From Anaeramoeba ignava BMAN (lineage: Eukaryota > Protista > Anaeramoebae), in the NCBI GenBank assembly GCA_028826165.1, contig JAPDFW010000001.1, positions 41,355 through 105,354 of the forward strand: a DNA stretch of 64,000 nucleotides, in the 5' to 3' direction. A program made the translations under genes and the position numbers. This document shows positions 1-12,484 of this stretch, one piece after another; the stretch's first letter is position 1, and every line of letters begins with the position of its first letter. Under the pieces are notes generated by a model that ran no database searches, was not told where the DNA came from, and worked only from the letters and a program-made list of their open reading frames with translations.

Positions 1-2032
1 GATGATGGCAAGAATAATCCTGTTAAATTAGCAGATGATAATAAATTAGAGGAAGATTTCGCAAATCTTGTGAATTTAAAAAATGAATCAACCACAAAAC
101 AAAAAAAACCAGTAATTAATTATTTCAAAAATTAATTGAAAAAAAAAATATTTCAAAATATTTAATTCATTATTCTTTTTGCTTCTTTATTAGGATTCAA
201 AAAAAAACAAATCAAAAAAGAAATCAAAAAAGAAATCAAAAAAAGGACAAATAGTTTCAGAAATTTCAATTATTACTGAAATTCCACAACATGGAAACTA
301 TTCTCGAAACAAAAACACACAATATCAAAAAGGAAACCAAAATAATACAACACAAAGAAAATTTGAAAATCAAAATCAAAATCAAAATCAAAATCAAAAT
401 CAAAATGAAAATGAAAATGAAAATTTAAATCAAAATCAAAATCAAAATCAAAATCAAAATCAAAATTTAAATCAAAATCAAAATCGAAATCAATATCAAT
501 TCCAACATTCAAATGAAAATCATCAAAGAGAGGAAAGAGGACAAACCCAAAGATTCAATAACAAGAAAAATTTCAATCATCAATATCGACAAAATAATAG
601 AAATCAATACCAAAGACAATACAAACAAAATAAAAGAGTTCATGGAAATTTCAATTCAAGAAATTACAATATATATCACAAAAACCAAGATAACTCCTCA
701 AATTATTATCAACAAAGTTATCCACAATATCAAAATGAAAATTATTCATTTAATCCACAATTTACCTCTCAAATTAATCCTCAGTTCAACACGCATTTCA
801 GCTCACAGCAATTCAGTAATCAGCAATTTCCGCAACAATTTAATGATTTTCATGATTTAAATCTCCAATATAATGAGTTTAATCCCCCATTGAATCTCCA
901 ATTTAGCAATGATTTTTATTCTAATAATATTGTTAATATTCATGACGAACAATATTTAGAACAACCTCAATTTTCTCCTCAAATGAACCCAAATATTCAA
1001 AATTTTGAGCAAAGCCAATATATGTATGAACAAAATCAACAAAATCAACAAAATCAACAAAATCAACAACAACAAAATCAACAACAACAAAATGAACAAC
1101 AAAATCAACAACAAAATGAGCAACAAAGTCAACAACAAAATGAGCAACAAAATCAACAACAAAATGAACAACAAAATCAACAACAAAATGAACAACAAAA
1201 TGAACAACAAAATCAACAAAATCAACAACAAAATGAACAACAAAATCAAGAACAAAATCAAGAACAAAATCAACAACAAAATCAACAACAAAATCAAGAA
1301 CAAAATCAACAACAAAATCAATTTAATAATCAACAAAATGAACAACAAAATCAACAACAAAATGAACAACAAAATCAACAAAATCAACAACAAAATCAAC
1401 AACAAAATGAACAACAAAATCAACAACAAAATCAACAACAAAATCAACAACAAAATGATCAACAAAATCAATTTAATAATCAACAACAAAATCAATTTAA
1501 TAATCAACAACAAAATCAATTTAATAATCAACAACAAAATCAAGAAAACCTATTTAATAATCCACAACAAAATCAACAAAATCTATTTAATAATCAACAA
1601 CAATTCCAGCAATTCAATTCACAACTTAATTCACCTCATTTGAATCAGGAATTCAATCTATCTCATTTCAATCCACAATTTAATCAATTCACTCAATTCA
1701 ATCAACAAATGATGAATGATCAAAACTTTACAAATAGTAACCACTCATATCAAAATCAATATTGGAATAAAGTAAGATTAAATAAAATGCATCAATCTTA
1801 TCCTCATTCATCTTATCAACAAAACAATAACTATCAAGATAATCGTAATTTTCATTATAATTATCATCATGATCGCCAGAAAAATTTTCAAGATCATCAA
1901 AGAAATTTCAATAAACCAAAATTTAATTATACAAACCAACAAAATCAAGAACAAAACCAAGAACAAACTCAAGAACAAAATCAAAACCAACAAATTAAAG
2001 TGACAGAATCAAATTTCCCAACACTTAAATAA
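1..2032 (+). CDS. 3' part of a Q/N-rich low-complexity protein ending in an NFPxL motif (possibly SERBP1/Stm1-like)
   Basis: Exon 1-111 (DDGKNNPVKL...KQKKP), GT-AG intron 112-193, then one open frame 194-2032: DSKKNKSKKKSKKKSKKG, an R/Q/N/Y-rich segment, a long QQQN/NEQQ tract, and the C-terminus VTESNFPTLK*. The start lies upstream of the window. Confidence 0.7.
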
Positions 2033-2325
2033 TGAAAACAAAAAAAACACAAAGAAATAATTTTTTTTTTTTCATTTAGAGACAACTTCTTAATTTCTTT
2101 TCTTCTTTTCTTTTCTTTTTCTTTTCTTTTCTTTTCTTAATTTCTTTTTCTTTTTCTCTTCACTTTTTTTTCTTTTTCTTTTTCTCTTTTTAGATACAAT
2201 TCTAATCTTCAAATTAGGATAGATAAACAAAATCCAATAAACAATTCATTTCATTCTTTTTTTTTTGTTTTTAAATTTATTTTTATTTTTATTTTTATTT
2301 TTATAATAATATTATTATTATTATT

Positions 2326-3640
2326 CTAAACTTTAATTAAATTTAATCTAGAAATTTTTGGAATTGTCGGAAGAAATATAACAAAATATGGATCTTTTTT
2401 TATATTTTCTAAAAGAGTTTTTCTTTGATAATTAATCCAATTTTGATCTAAATCTGAATCTAAATTTAAATCTTTATTTAATTTTGAACTTAAATCATTA
2501 TATAAAACACGAAGATTAGCATAAAGAATAGAGAAAGAAGATATTGCGAAACGGATTGAAAGAAGAATTGAAAAACAAGAAGGTACAAGAAACTATAAAA
2601 ATTCGAATTAAGATTTAAAATAAAAATTAATTTTAAAATTAATCTTACTTTAATTACTCCTTCATAATTATTTCTTGTAAAAATACTAAACAAATTTGCT
2701 AAAATATTAATAATAGAAAATGTAAACAAATAAAAAAGAAGAAGAAGAAATGCTTTATAATTTCGAAAACCAATGCAATTTGGAATTTAATTTTGCAAGC
2801 CAATTTAATTTTTAAATTTAATTTTAATTTTAATTTTGAATTTAATTTTGAATTTGAATTGAATTTAAATTTGAATTTAATTTTGAATTTAATTTTGAAT
2901 TTAATTTTGAATTTAATTTTGAATTTTGAATTTAATTTTGAATTTAATTTTGATTTTAATTTTGAATTTAATTTTGAATTTAATTTTGAATTTAATTTTG
3001 AATTTAATTTTGAATTTAATTTTATTTAGATTTTGAATTTAATTTTGAATTTAGATTTTGAATTTAATATTGAATTTAATGTTGAATTTAATATTGAATT
3101 GAATTTGATTTTAATTTTGAATTTAATTTTAATTTTGAATTTAATTTTGAATTGAATTTAATTTTGAATTTAATTTTGAATTTTGAATTTAATTTTGAAT
3201 TGAATTTAATTTTGAATGAAAAAAATACATGATGATCATATGAAAGAACACATCTATTACAAATCATACAATGAACTGTTCCTTGAGGTTGAGAAACATG
3301 GCATACATTACAAGTACGCTTTTTAGATAATTCAATATCCTTAATTTTTCAATTGTCATTATTTCAATTTATTAAATTAAAAAAATTCTGTTATTGATTT
3401 TCCTTTTACATTTTTTATATTTGGTTTTCCTGGATTTATAAATGCTGTAATTATAAAAGAGATTAAAATCATTAAAAACAAAACATGAAAAAGAGCACAA
3501 AAAATTGAGCGTGAAATGTGATAATTTTCACTTATTGAAGATATAGGAATAATAAAAGGTTTGTAAATAATAAATATCAATAAAATCCAAAGAAAAGGAA
3601 TAATTTTTCGTGATAAATTTGCATTAATTATTTTATCCAT
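2326..3640 (-). CDS. DHHC-type protein S-palmitoyltransferase (multi-exon)
   Basis: Two TM helices then FINPG; cysteine-rich exon KRTCNVCHVSQPQGTVHCMICNRCVLSYDHH (~3230-3325); WLA...NCIGFRNYKAF (~2750-2803, locally garbled); C-terminal YFVIFLPT..KV*. Confidence 0.85.
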
Positions 3641-3749
3641 TTAAATTTTTTGGAGTAAAAGAAAAAATTAAGAAAAAAGAAACGATTAAAAAAAAAAATG
3701 AAAAAAAAAATTTTTGATTTAAATTTTCTTTATTTAAAAATTTTTTTTT

Positions 3750-4088
3750 TTAATTTGTTTTTTCTTTATTAAAAAAAGCATTTCCTCGATGAGAAAAAGT
3801 AATAAAACTTGGTCGCATTATTTCTAATCTATCTTGTTTTTGTGCTTGTTTATCAATATGAATTGGTATAAATTCCCATGATTTTTCATATAAAAATCCT
3901 GTTATGCAAAAAACCAATGAAGTTATTAATGAAAAAATTAAAATAATTGGATATTTTTTTTGTTCTTGTTTTTCTATTGGATCAAGAAGTCTTGTTTTTT
4001 TTTGAATTGAAAATCCAATCCAAATACCATAAATTAAAAAAGAAATGCAAAGAACAAATGAAATTTGTGAAAAATATTTATTTGACAT
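3750..4088 (-). CDS. EMC5: ER membrane complex subunit 5 / membrane magnesium transporter
   Basis: About 112 aa with two TM helices. C-terminal RPSFITFSHRGNAFF matches the MMGT1/EMC5 signature (PSFxxFxHRG). Confidence 0.8.
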   Translation of the reverse strand: MSNKYFSQISFVLCISFLIYGIWIGFSIQKKTRLLDPIEKQEQKKYPIILIFSLITSLVFCITGFLYEKSWEFIPIHIDKQAQKQDRLEIMRPSFITFSHRGNAFFNKEKTN

Positions 4089-4175
4089 GAATTTATTAAA
4101 CAAAATGAAATGAAAAAAAAAATGAAAAAAAAAATTGAAAAAAAAATTTGAATTTCTTTTTCTTTTTCTTTTTTT

Positions 4176-4527
4176 TTACATAAATTGATTAAAATAACTT
4201 GAATCTTCAAAAATCCAACTTTCTTGTTCAATATTTTGACTTAATTCTCTTAAAGAAGAAAGGATTTCTTTTTGAAATTCTATTTAAAAAATATTTTTTT
4301 GTTTTTTTATTATTTTGTTTTTGTTTCGTTAAAAATGATAATAAATTTTAATTTGAAAAAATTAATTAAATTTAAAAACCTTGTTTAATTTTTTCTGGTG
4401 ATTCTATTTTTGTTGTTAATGTCATTAATTCTCTATAAGAATTTATTAAATTAATTTCTTTTTTCATAATTTCTGGAATTGAATTTGAATTTGAATTTGA
4501 ATTTGAATTTGAATTTGAATTTGACAT
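4176..4527 (-). CDS. Small two-exon protein (83 aa), possibly APC16-like; absent from the ORF track
   Basis: ATG at 4527, exon 4527-4380, GT-AG intron 4379-4280, exon 4279-4176. Splices in frame: MSNSNS...KIKQ|EFQKEILSSLRELSQNIEQESWIFEDSSYFNQFM*. Confidence 0.6.
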
Positions 4528-4603
4528 TGATTTAAATTTTTAAAAAAGAAAAAAGAAAAAAAATGAAATTTTAATTTTTTCATTTTTTTTCTTTTTTTAA
4601 AAA
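4528..4603. promoter_or_regulatory. Minimal bidirectional promoter with back-to-back TCATTT initiator-like elements
   Basis: 76 bp between divergent ATGs; AAATGAAA (minus-strand TTTCATTT) at ~4561-4568 and TTTCATTTT at ~4578-4586. Confidence 0.5.
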
Positions 4604-6725
4604 ATGGAATTTTCTGAAATTACTTTTTATTATTCTATACCTTATTATCGAACTGAACATACAGTTTATATTACAGGAAATATACTTGAATTAGGATATT
4701 GGGATACAAAAAAAGCATTTAAATTAGAAACAAATGAAGAACTGTATAAAAAAAAATAATAAAATAATAAGTTAAAAATTTTAATTAAAATTTTCTTTTC
4801 AAAAAAAAAAAATTTAATTTGTAAAGTTTTCCAATTTATACAACAAAAATTTTCCTTCCAAAATTCGTTCAAATTGAATATAAATATATTACAAAAGATA
4901 AATATTTAAATGTTACTTGGGAATCATTTGGAGCATATAATAACAGAAAGTTATATCTTGATAATCAACCAAAAGATGTTTGCATTGATGGTTTTTCAAC
5001 AACTTCTTCTATTTCTCCGTCTTCTTTAAAATTTTTTGCTCAAAGAGGATATTCTTTAACTGTTTTTAATCTATTTTTTTCTTTCTTCTTTTTTTTTTTA
5101 AATTGAAAATTGATTGGAAATTTTAATTTATTTTTTATAATTTAGACTGAAGTAAATCATTTTTTTTTTGAATTCATTTAGAAATTGAATTTATTATCAA
5201 ATATAAATATATAGACTGCTTTCCGAATTTTATATAGTGCAAATAATACATTTGTTGATAGAGAAAAATTGATGGAAGAATTTATTCATTTAGGGGGAGA
5301 TATTTTAGGACAAGATGAAGTATATTAATTAGCAGCAAATAATAATCATAATAATTTCTCAAAATACTTATACATTTTATTTATAGGGTGTAAATTTAAA
5401 TTTTATAAATGAATTTTAATTATAATTTAAATTTTATAAATGAATTTTAGCAAAATACTCTTTTAATTATTCTTTTCAGACATTGTGACTCCGCTAATCT
5501 TGTTTCTATTTTATTGGAAAAAGGTTCAGATCCTAATCATTCAAATGTATTTTTGTTTTATTTATATATTTATATAAAAGAAAATTTTAATTAAATTATT
5601 ATTAGAATGTAAAAATAATTCCCAAAAACAAATTTAGGTTTTAAAAATCAATTCTTTTTTATTTTTATTCTATTCTTTTTGATTTAGTACGTAAATTGAA
5701 TTTTCTTTATTATTTCTTTTTGGAAAATTAATGAATTTTTTTTTTGTAAAAAAAAAAGCTTGAAACGCCACTTTATTATGCATTATGCTCACAAGAAAGT
5801 AACTCAAAATTGAATCAACTAAGATTACTTCTGTTATATGGAGCTGATGTGAACAAACCGTTCAGAAAAGACCTAAATGTATCGTCGTTTGAATTTCTTA
5901 TGAGCCAATCAAATTTCAAGAGAAGATTTTTCACAATGCTTCTTGATTTTGGACCTAATTTTGATCTTTTAGCGAAAATATTAAAAACCGAGAATTTTAA
6001 AAAACAAGAAGTAAAGGTTCTTGTTGAAAGATATATAACTATTCAAATAGAAATGGAGCATTTTTTTCAAGAAAGATTGGGAGCCAATTTACAATTTTTT
6101 GATAAAGAGAAAACATGAAATTAAAGTGCATGATTTCATACTGAAAATTAGGAAAATAAATGAAGAAAAATTTCAGGAATTGATTGAAAATAGCAATAAT
6201 TTAGAGGAAATTCTAATGTTTGTGAAATGGGTTTATACAGGATTAATTGAAGATTTTGAATCTCAATTTAATTTTGCGAAAAAATGCATTGATTCAATTA
6301 CTTGCAAATATGATTTTTTTAGTGCTTCTTATAGACAAGGTTTAATTAATGCTTTAAAGGAATTATATTTTGATGAACAATCTAAGAACTTGGTTATCAA
6401 GACAGAAAATTATGAGATTCCGATTCATCGGGAAATATTATATTTTCGATGTGAAAAATTTCGGGATTTGATTTCTTTTAATAATGATGAAAAAAAAGAT
6501 TTAAATTATATTGAAGTTCCTCAACTTAACAAATTTTCATATGATTTAGTAGAAAATTTTATTCAATATTTGTATATTGATTTTCTTGATTCAACTATAA
6601 TTGAGAAGTATTTTGGAGATTTAAAAGATTTGATGGAAATATTTAAATTGAATGAAAAGAATATGCTTGAATATTACATTATATCATTTCAAAGAGTTCA
6701 TCAAGAATATTTTGAGAAATTTTAA
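4604..6725 (+). CDS. CBM20 (starch/glycogen-binding) - ankyrin repeat - tandem BTB/POZ protein (multi-exon)
   Basis: Exons 4604-4743 and 4827-~5047 give VYITGNILELGYWDTKKAFKL...LFPIYTTKIFLP...IEYKYITKD...VTWESFGAYNNR (CBM20). Ankyrin motifs: LVSILLEKGSDPN, ETPLYYA...LLLLYGADVN. BTB motifs: IKVHDFILKIR...FVKWVYTG and IPIHREILYFRC...FIQYLYID. One frameshift near 6100-6118. Confidence 0.8.
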
Positions 6726-6837
6726 ACAATTTGAACCAAAAAAAAAAAAAAAAAAGAATTTATTTTTCTATTTATTTTTAAAAAGTAATCAATCAAAAAA
6801 GAATAAAAGAAATTTATTCTAATTCAATTTATATTTT

Positions 6838-9800
6838 CTATTTAATTTCTGTAACAATAAATTTTTGTCTTGCAGGAATTTTTTTGATTTTTTTAGATCT
6901 TGAGTGTTTTTGTATATTGTCTAATTTTCTTCTTGAAGATTGAATCATTTCTTGTTTCATTTTTTTTAGATTATAAAGTATTTTTGGTAAATGACGATGT
7001 CTTGCTATTCTTCTAATTTCTGGCATGTTTTTATATCTTTGTTTTAGTTGATTTCGGTATCTCATTGATTGAACTTCTCTTCTTGAAGTTACTATTAATG
7101 GTTCACTTTTTCTTGCTTTCCAAATTCTTATATTTGCATCATCACTACCTGAAAAAATAAATTTTGCATCCATACTGTATCTAACAGTGAAAATTCTATT
7201 ATTTATAAAATTTATTTATAAAATTTAATATAAAATTTAATATAAAATTATTTATAAAATTATTTATAAAATTATATATAAAATTATTTATAAAATTATT
7301 TATAAAATTTATTTATAAAATTAATTTATAAAATTATTTATAAAATTATTTATAAAATTATTTATAAAATTATTTATAAAATTAAATATAAAATTATTTA
7401 TAAAATTTATTATAAAATTAAATATAAAATTATTTATAAAATTATTTATAAAATTATTTATAAAATTATTTATTTTTAATTTTTAATTCTATCAAAATAT
7501 AAGAATAAATACTTTTGCATTCTTCTTGTATGATAAACTTCTTTGCTCCTTCCGCTATCATATCCAAATATTCTAATTGTTTTATCATAAGATCCTGAAA
7601 CAAATTCTTTGCCAGTTGGGGAATAATCAATATCCATAACTGCTGATAAATGGTCCATATGAACACATAAAGCTTCCTTCATTTTTCTCATATCAAAAGT
7701 ATAACAATTATTATCTTCATTTGCAACAGTAAAATTAAAAGCTTCCATTGGATTCCAAGCAATTGAATTTGATCGATTCTTTTTTTATATAAAAAATTCA
7801 AACAAATATTTAAATTCAAATTCAAATTAAATAAATAAATATTCAAATTCAAATTCAAATTCAAATTCAAATTCAAATTCAAATTAAATAAATATTCAAA
7901 TTCAAATTCAAATTCAAATTCAAATTCAAACAAATATTTAAATTCAAATTCAAATTCAAATTCAAATTCAAATTCAAATTCAAATTCAAATTCAAATTCA
8001 AATTCAAATTTAAATTCATATTAATATTGATATCAATTTACATCTAATATTAATTTTCTTATTGGGGTTCTTGATTTAACATCATATAAAGCAATACTAT
8101 TATCAGAACCAGTTGTTGCAAAAATATTATGTTCAACTGGATTAAATTTTGCAGAAATTGTTGATTCAGATGTTTCCCAAGAAAATTGTTGAATAGGTTG
8201 TGATCTATTAAATTAAATTTAAATCAATCAATAAATCAATCATAAAAAAATAAAAAAATAAAAATTCAAATCAAAAAAAAAACCTGTTATAATCCCATAA
8301 ATGAAAATAATCTTAAAAATAAAAATAAAAAAAATAAAAACCTGTTTCCCCAAGAATGAAGATAATTCAGTACTCTCAAGAATGATCAATTAAATTTATT
8401 AAATTTTTTTTCAATTTATGAATTAAATATTTTAAATTAATTGTAAAAGAAAAAAAAACCTTAAAGTTGATTGAGTAATAAAAGTTGAAAATGGAACAAT
8501 TTCTTGATTTATTGATTCAAGATTTAATGGCCAATGCTTAATTGTTCTATCATCTGCACATGTAAGAAAAGATGTTCCATTGGGTCGAGATATTGTTAAT
8601 CCTCTTATAAAACTATTATGTGCTTGAACTGAAAAAAAAGTATTTCTTTCAAGAACATTCCAAATTTTAACCTCTAAATTTAATAAATAATTTAATAAAT
8701 AAATTTAATAATAAATTAATAAATAAATTAATAAAAAATTAATAAATAATTTAATAAATAAATTTAATAATAAATTAATAAATAAATTAATAAATAAATT
8801 AATAAATAAATTAATAAATAAATTTATAAATAATTAAATAAATAAATTAATAAATAAATTAATAAATAATTTATAAATAAATTAATAAATAAATTAATAA
8901 ATAATTTAATAAATAAATTAATAAATAAATTAATAAATAAATTTAATAAATAAATTTAATAAATAATTTAATAAATAATTAATAAATAAATTTATAAATA
9001 ATTTAATAAATAATTTAATAATAAATTAATAAATAAATTAATAAATAAATTTAATAATAAATTAATAATTAATTTAATAAATAAATTAATAAATAATTTA
9101 ATAAATAATTTAATAAATAAATTAATAAATAATTTAATAAATAAATTAATAAATAATTTAATAAATAAATTAATAAATAAATTAATAATTTAATAAATAA
9201 ATTAATAAATAAATTAATAAATAAATTTAATAATAAATTAATAAATAAATTAATAATTAATTTAATAAATAAATTTAATAATAAATTAATAAATAAATTT
9301 ATAAATAAATTAATAAATAATTTAATAAATATTTTAATAAATAATTTTATAAATGTTTTTATAAATAATTTAATAAATAATTTAATAATAATTTAATAAA
9401 TAAATTAATAAATAAATTAATAAATAAATTAATAAATAAATTAATAAATAAATTAATAAATAAATTTATAAATAATTTTATAAATAATTTAATAAATAAT
9501 TTAATAAATAATTTAATAAATAATTTAATAAATAAATTAATAAATATATTAATAAATAAATTAATAAATAAATTAATAAATAATTTAATAAATAAATTAA
9601 TAAATAAATTAATAAATAAATTAATAAATAAAATTAATAAATAATTTAATAAATAAATAAATAATAAATTAATAAATAAATTAATAAATAAATTAATAAA
9701 TAAATTAATAAATAAATTAATAAATAATTTAATAATTAATTTAATAAATAATTTAATAAATAATTTAATAAATAAATTAATAAATAATTTAATAAATAAA

Positions 9801-11144
9801 TTAATAAATAAATTAATAAATAAATTAATAAATAAATTAATAAATAATTTAATAAATAAATTTTATAAATAAATTTAATAAATAATTTAATAAATAAATT
9901 AATAAATAATTTAATAAATAAATTAATAAATAAATTAATAAATAATTTAATAAATAAATTAATAAATAAATTAATAAATAAATTAATAAATAATTTAATA
10001 AATAATTTAATAAATAATTTAATAAATAAATTAATAAATAAATTAATAAATAATTTAATAAATAATTTAATAAATAAATTAATAAATAAATTAATAAATA
10101 ATTTAATGAATAAATTAATAAATAATTTAATAAATAATTTAATAAATAATTTAATAAATAATTTAATAAATAAATTAATAAATAATTTAATAAATAAATT
10201 AATAAATAAATTAATAAATAAATTAATAAATAAATTAATAAATAAATTAATAAATAAATTAATAAATAATTTAATAAATAAATTAATAAATAATTTAATA
10301 AATAAATTAATAAATAAATTAATAAATAAATTAATAAATAATTTAATGAATAAATTAATAAATAATTTAATAAATAAATTAATAAATAAATTTAATAATA
10401 AATCAATAAATAATTTAATAAATAATTTAATAAATAAATTTATAAATAAATTAATAAATAAATTAATAAATAAATTAATAAATAATTTTATAAATAAATT
10501 AATAAATAATTTAATAAATAAATTAATAAATAATTTTATAAATAAATTAATAAATAAATTAATAAATAAATTAATAAATAAATTAATAAATAAATTAATA
10601 AATAATTTAATAAATAAATTAATAAATAATTTAATAAATTAATAAATAAATTTAATAAATAAATTAATAAATAAATTTAATAAATAAATTAATAAATAAA
10701 TAAATAATTTTAATAAATAAATTAATTAATAAATTAATAAATAAATTAATAAATAAATTTAATAATAATTTAATAAATAAATTTAATAAATAAATTAATA
10801 AATAAATTAATAAATGTTTTAATAAATAATTTTATAAATGTTTTAATAAATAATTTAATAATAATTTAATAAATACCACCATCAGCACTTGCAGAAAGTA
10901 AACAAGATAAATTTTTTGGGTGTTTTTCAATTGAATAAACACCATCTAAATGACCAGATAAAGCACCAATAAATGGTTTAGCAAACATAGAATCAATTTT
11001 AACTGCAGCAAGTGCTCTTGTATATTCTCTTGGTTTTTCAAAAGGATGTAATGAAGGTTTGGGATTTCGATGAATTTTAGGCAATTCTGCTTGATTTGTT
11101 CTTGCAAATTCATTTCTAGATCGATAAATAACTTTAATTTTCAT
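6838..11144 (-). CDS. SOF1: WD40 U3 snoRNP/SSU processome protein Sof1 (DCAF13), multi-exon
   Basis: PSLHPFEKPREYTRAL..AKPFIGALSGHLDGV; NPMEAFNFTVANED; DYSPTGKEFVSGSYD; YHTRRMQ; SGSDDANIRIWKA; EIRRIARHRHLPK. One internal exon near 8284-8395 is garbled. Confidence 0.95.
8674..10876. repeat. 2.2-kb SOF1 intron 1 filled with a ~12-bp A/T tandem repeat (AATAAATAAATT / AATAAATAATTT)
   Basis: Bounded by GT (10876) and AG (8674) on the minus strand; almost no G or C. Confidence 0.9.
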
Positions 11145-11224
11145 TTTTTTTAAAGAAAATAAAAAGAAAAAAAAAAAAGAAAAATAATAAAATTTTTTTT
11201 CATTTTTTTCTTTTATAAAAAAAA

Positions 11225-11492
11225 ATGCCTCGTTATATTTGTGCTGAATGTAAAACAGAAAATGAATTTAAACCAAAAGACCCACTTCGTTGTCATAATT
11301 GTGGTGCTGTTATCTTTTATAAAAAAAGAACAACACAAAGTAAATTTTTTTTTAAAACTAAAACTAAAATTAAAATTAAAATTAAAATTAAAATTAAAAT
11401 TAAAATTAAAATTAAAATTAAAATTAAAATTTAAATTAAAATTTAAATTTAATTGAATTTTTTTAATAGCTATTCAATATGAAGCAAGATGA
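11225..11492 (+). CDS. RPB12: RNA polymerases I/II/III shared subunit RPABC4
   Basis: YICAEC...[16 protein letters not shown] zinc ribbon; intron 11340-11469; exon 2 gives TIQYEAR*. Head-to-head with SOF1 (80 bp apart). Confidence 0.95.
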
Positions 11493-11619
11493 TTTACTTT
11501 TTACTTAATATTATTTTATCAAATTTTCCAAACTAAATTTAAAAAGAAAAATTTTTTCATTCTTTTTTTTTTAAATCAACAAACAATAATAAAATGAAAT
11601 GAAAACAAAATTATATTTA

Positions 11620-12370
11620 CTTTTAAATTTAAATTTATTTTGTGATTGATTTTGAATTTAAATTTAAATTAAATTAGATTTATTCCACTTTTTATTTTAT
11701 GATTAAATTTTGTTTTGATTTTAAATTAAATTAGATTTATTTTATGATTAAATTTTATTTTAATTTTAAATTAAATTAGATTTATTCCACTTTTTATTTT
11801 ATGATTAAATTTTGTTTTAAATTTAAATTAAATTAGATTTATTCCACTTTTTATTTTGTGGTTAAATTTTGTTTTGATTAAATTTTTGATTTTTAATTTT
11901 TAAATTAAATTTTATTTTATTTTATGATTTATTCCACTTTTTTTTTTTTAAATTTTGTGATTAAATTTTTAAAATTAATTTATTCTACTTTTTATTTTAT
12001 GATTAAATTTTGTTTTAAATTTTAAATTAAATTAGATTTTTATTTTTGTGATTAAATTTTAATTTGATTTTAAATTAAAAATTTATTTATTTTTATTTTA
12101 TGTTAAATTTTTGTTTTAAATTTAAATTGTGATTAAATTTAAATTTAATTAGATTTATTTTATGATTAAATTTTGTTTTAAATTTAAATTAAATTAGATT
12201 TATTTTATGATTAAATTTTATGATTAAATTTTGTGATTAAATTTAAATTGAATTAGTTTTATTTTATGATTAAATTTTAAATTAAATTAGATTTATTTTG
12301 TGATTAAATTTTGTTTTAAATTTAAATTAAATTAGATTTATTTTGTGATTAAATTTTAATTTGATTTTTT
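11620..12370. repeat. Degenerate intergenic minisatellite (AAATTAAATTAGATTTATTCCACTTTT...TGATTAAATTT)
   Basis: Recurrent TTAGATTT and TGATTAAATTT blocks; several TTATTCCAC copies (reverse complement of GTGGAATAA). Confidence 0.75.
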
Positions 12371-12484
12371 ATTTATAATAATTAGTCATAATTAATTAAA
12401 AATTAGTAAAAAAAATAAAAAAAAAAAGCAAAAAATTTTTTTTTTCATTTTTTTTTCATTTTTTTAATTTTAAATTAAAAATAA

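Noticed and set aside
8284-8395. In-frame TGA codons and a possible 30-nt intron in a SOF1 exon (possible UGA reassignment)
   Set aside because: TGA is the true stop of actinin, RPB12, MINDY and the ARM gene, and Trp is TGG elsewhere. The region looks locally mis-called.
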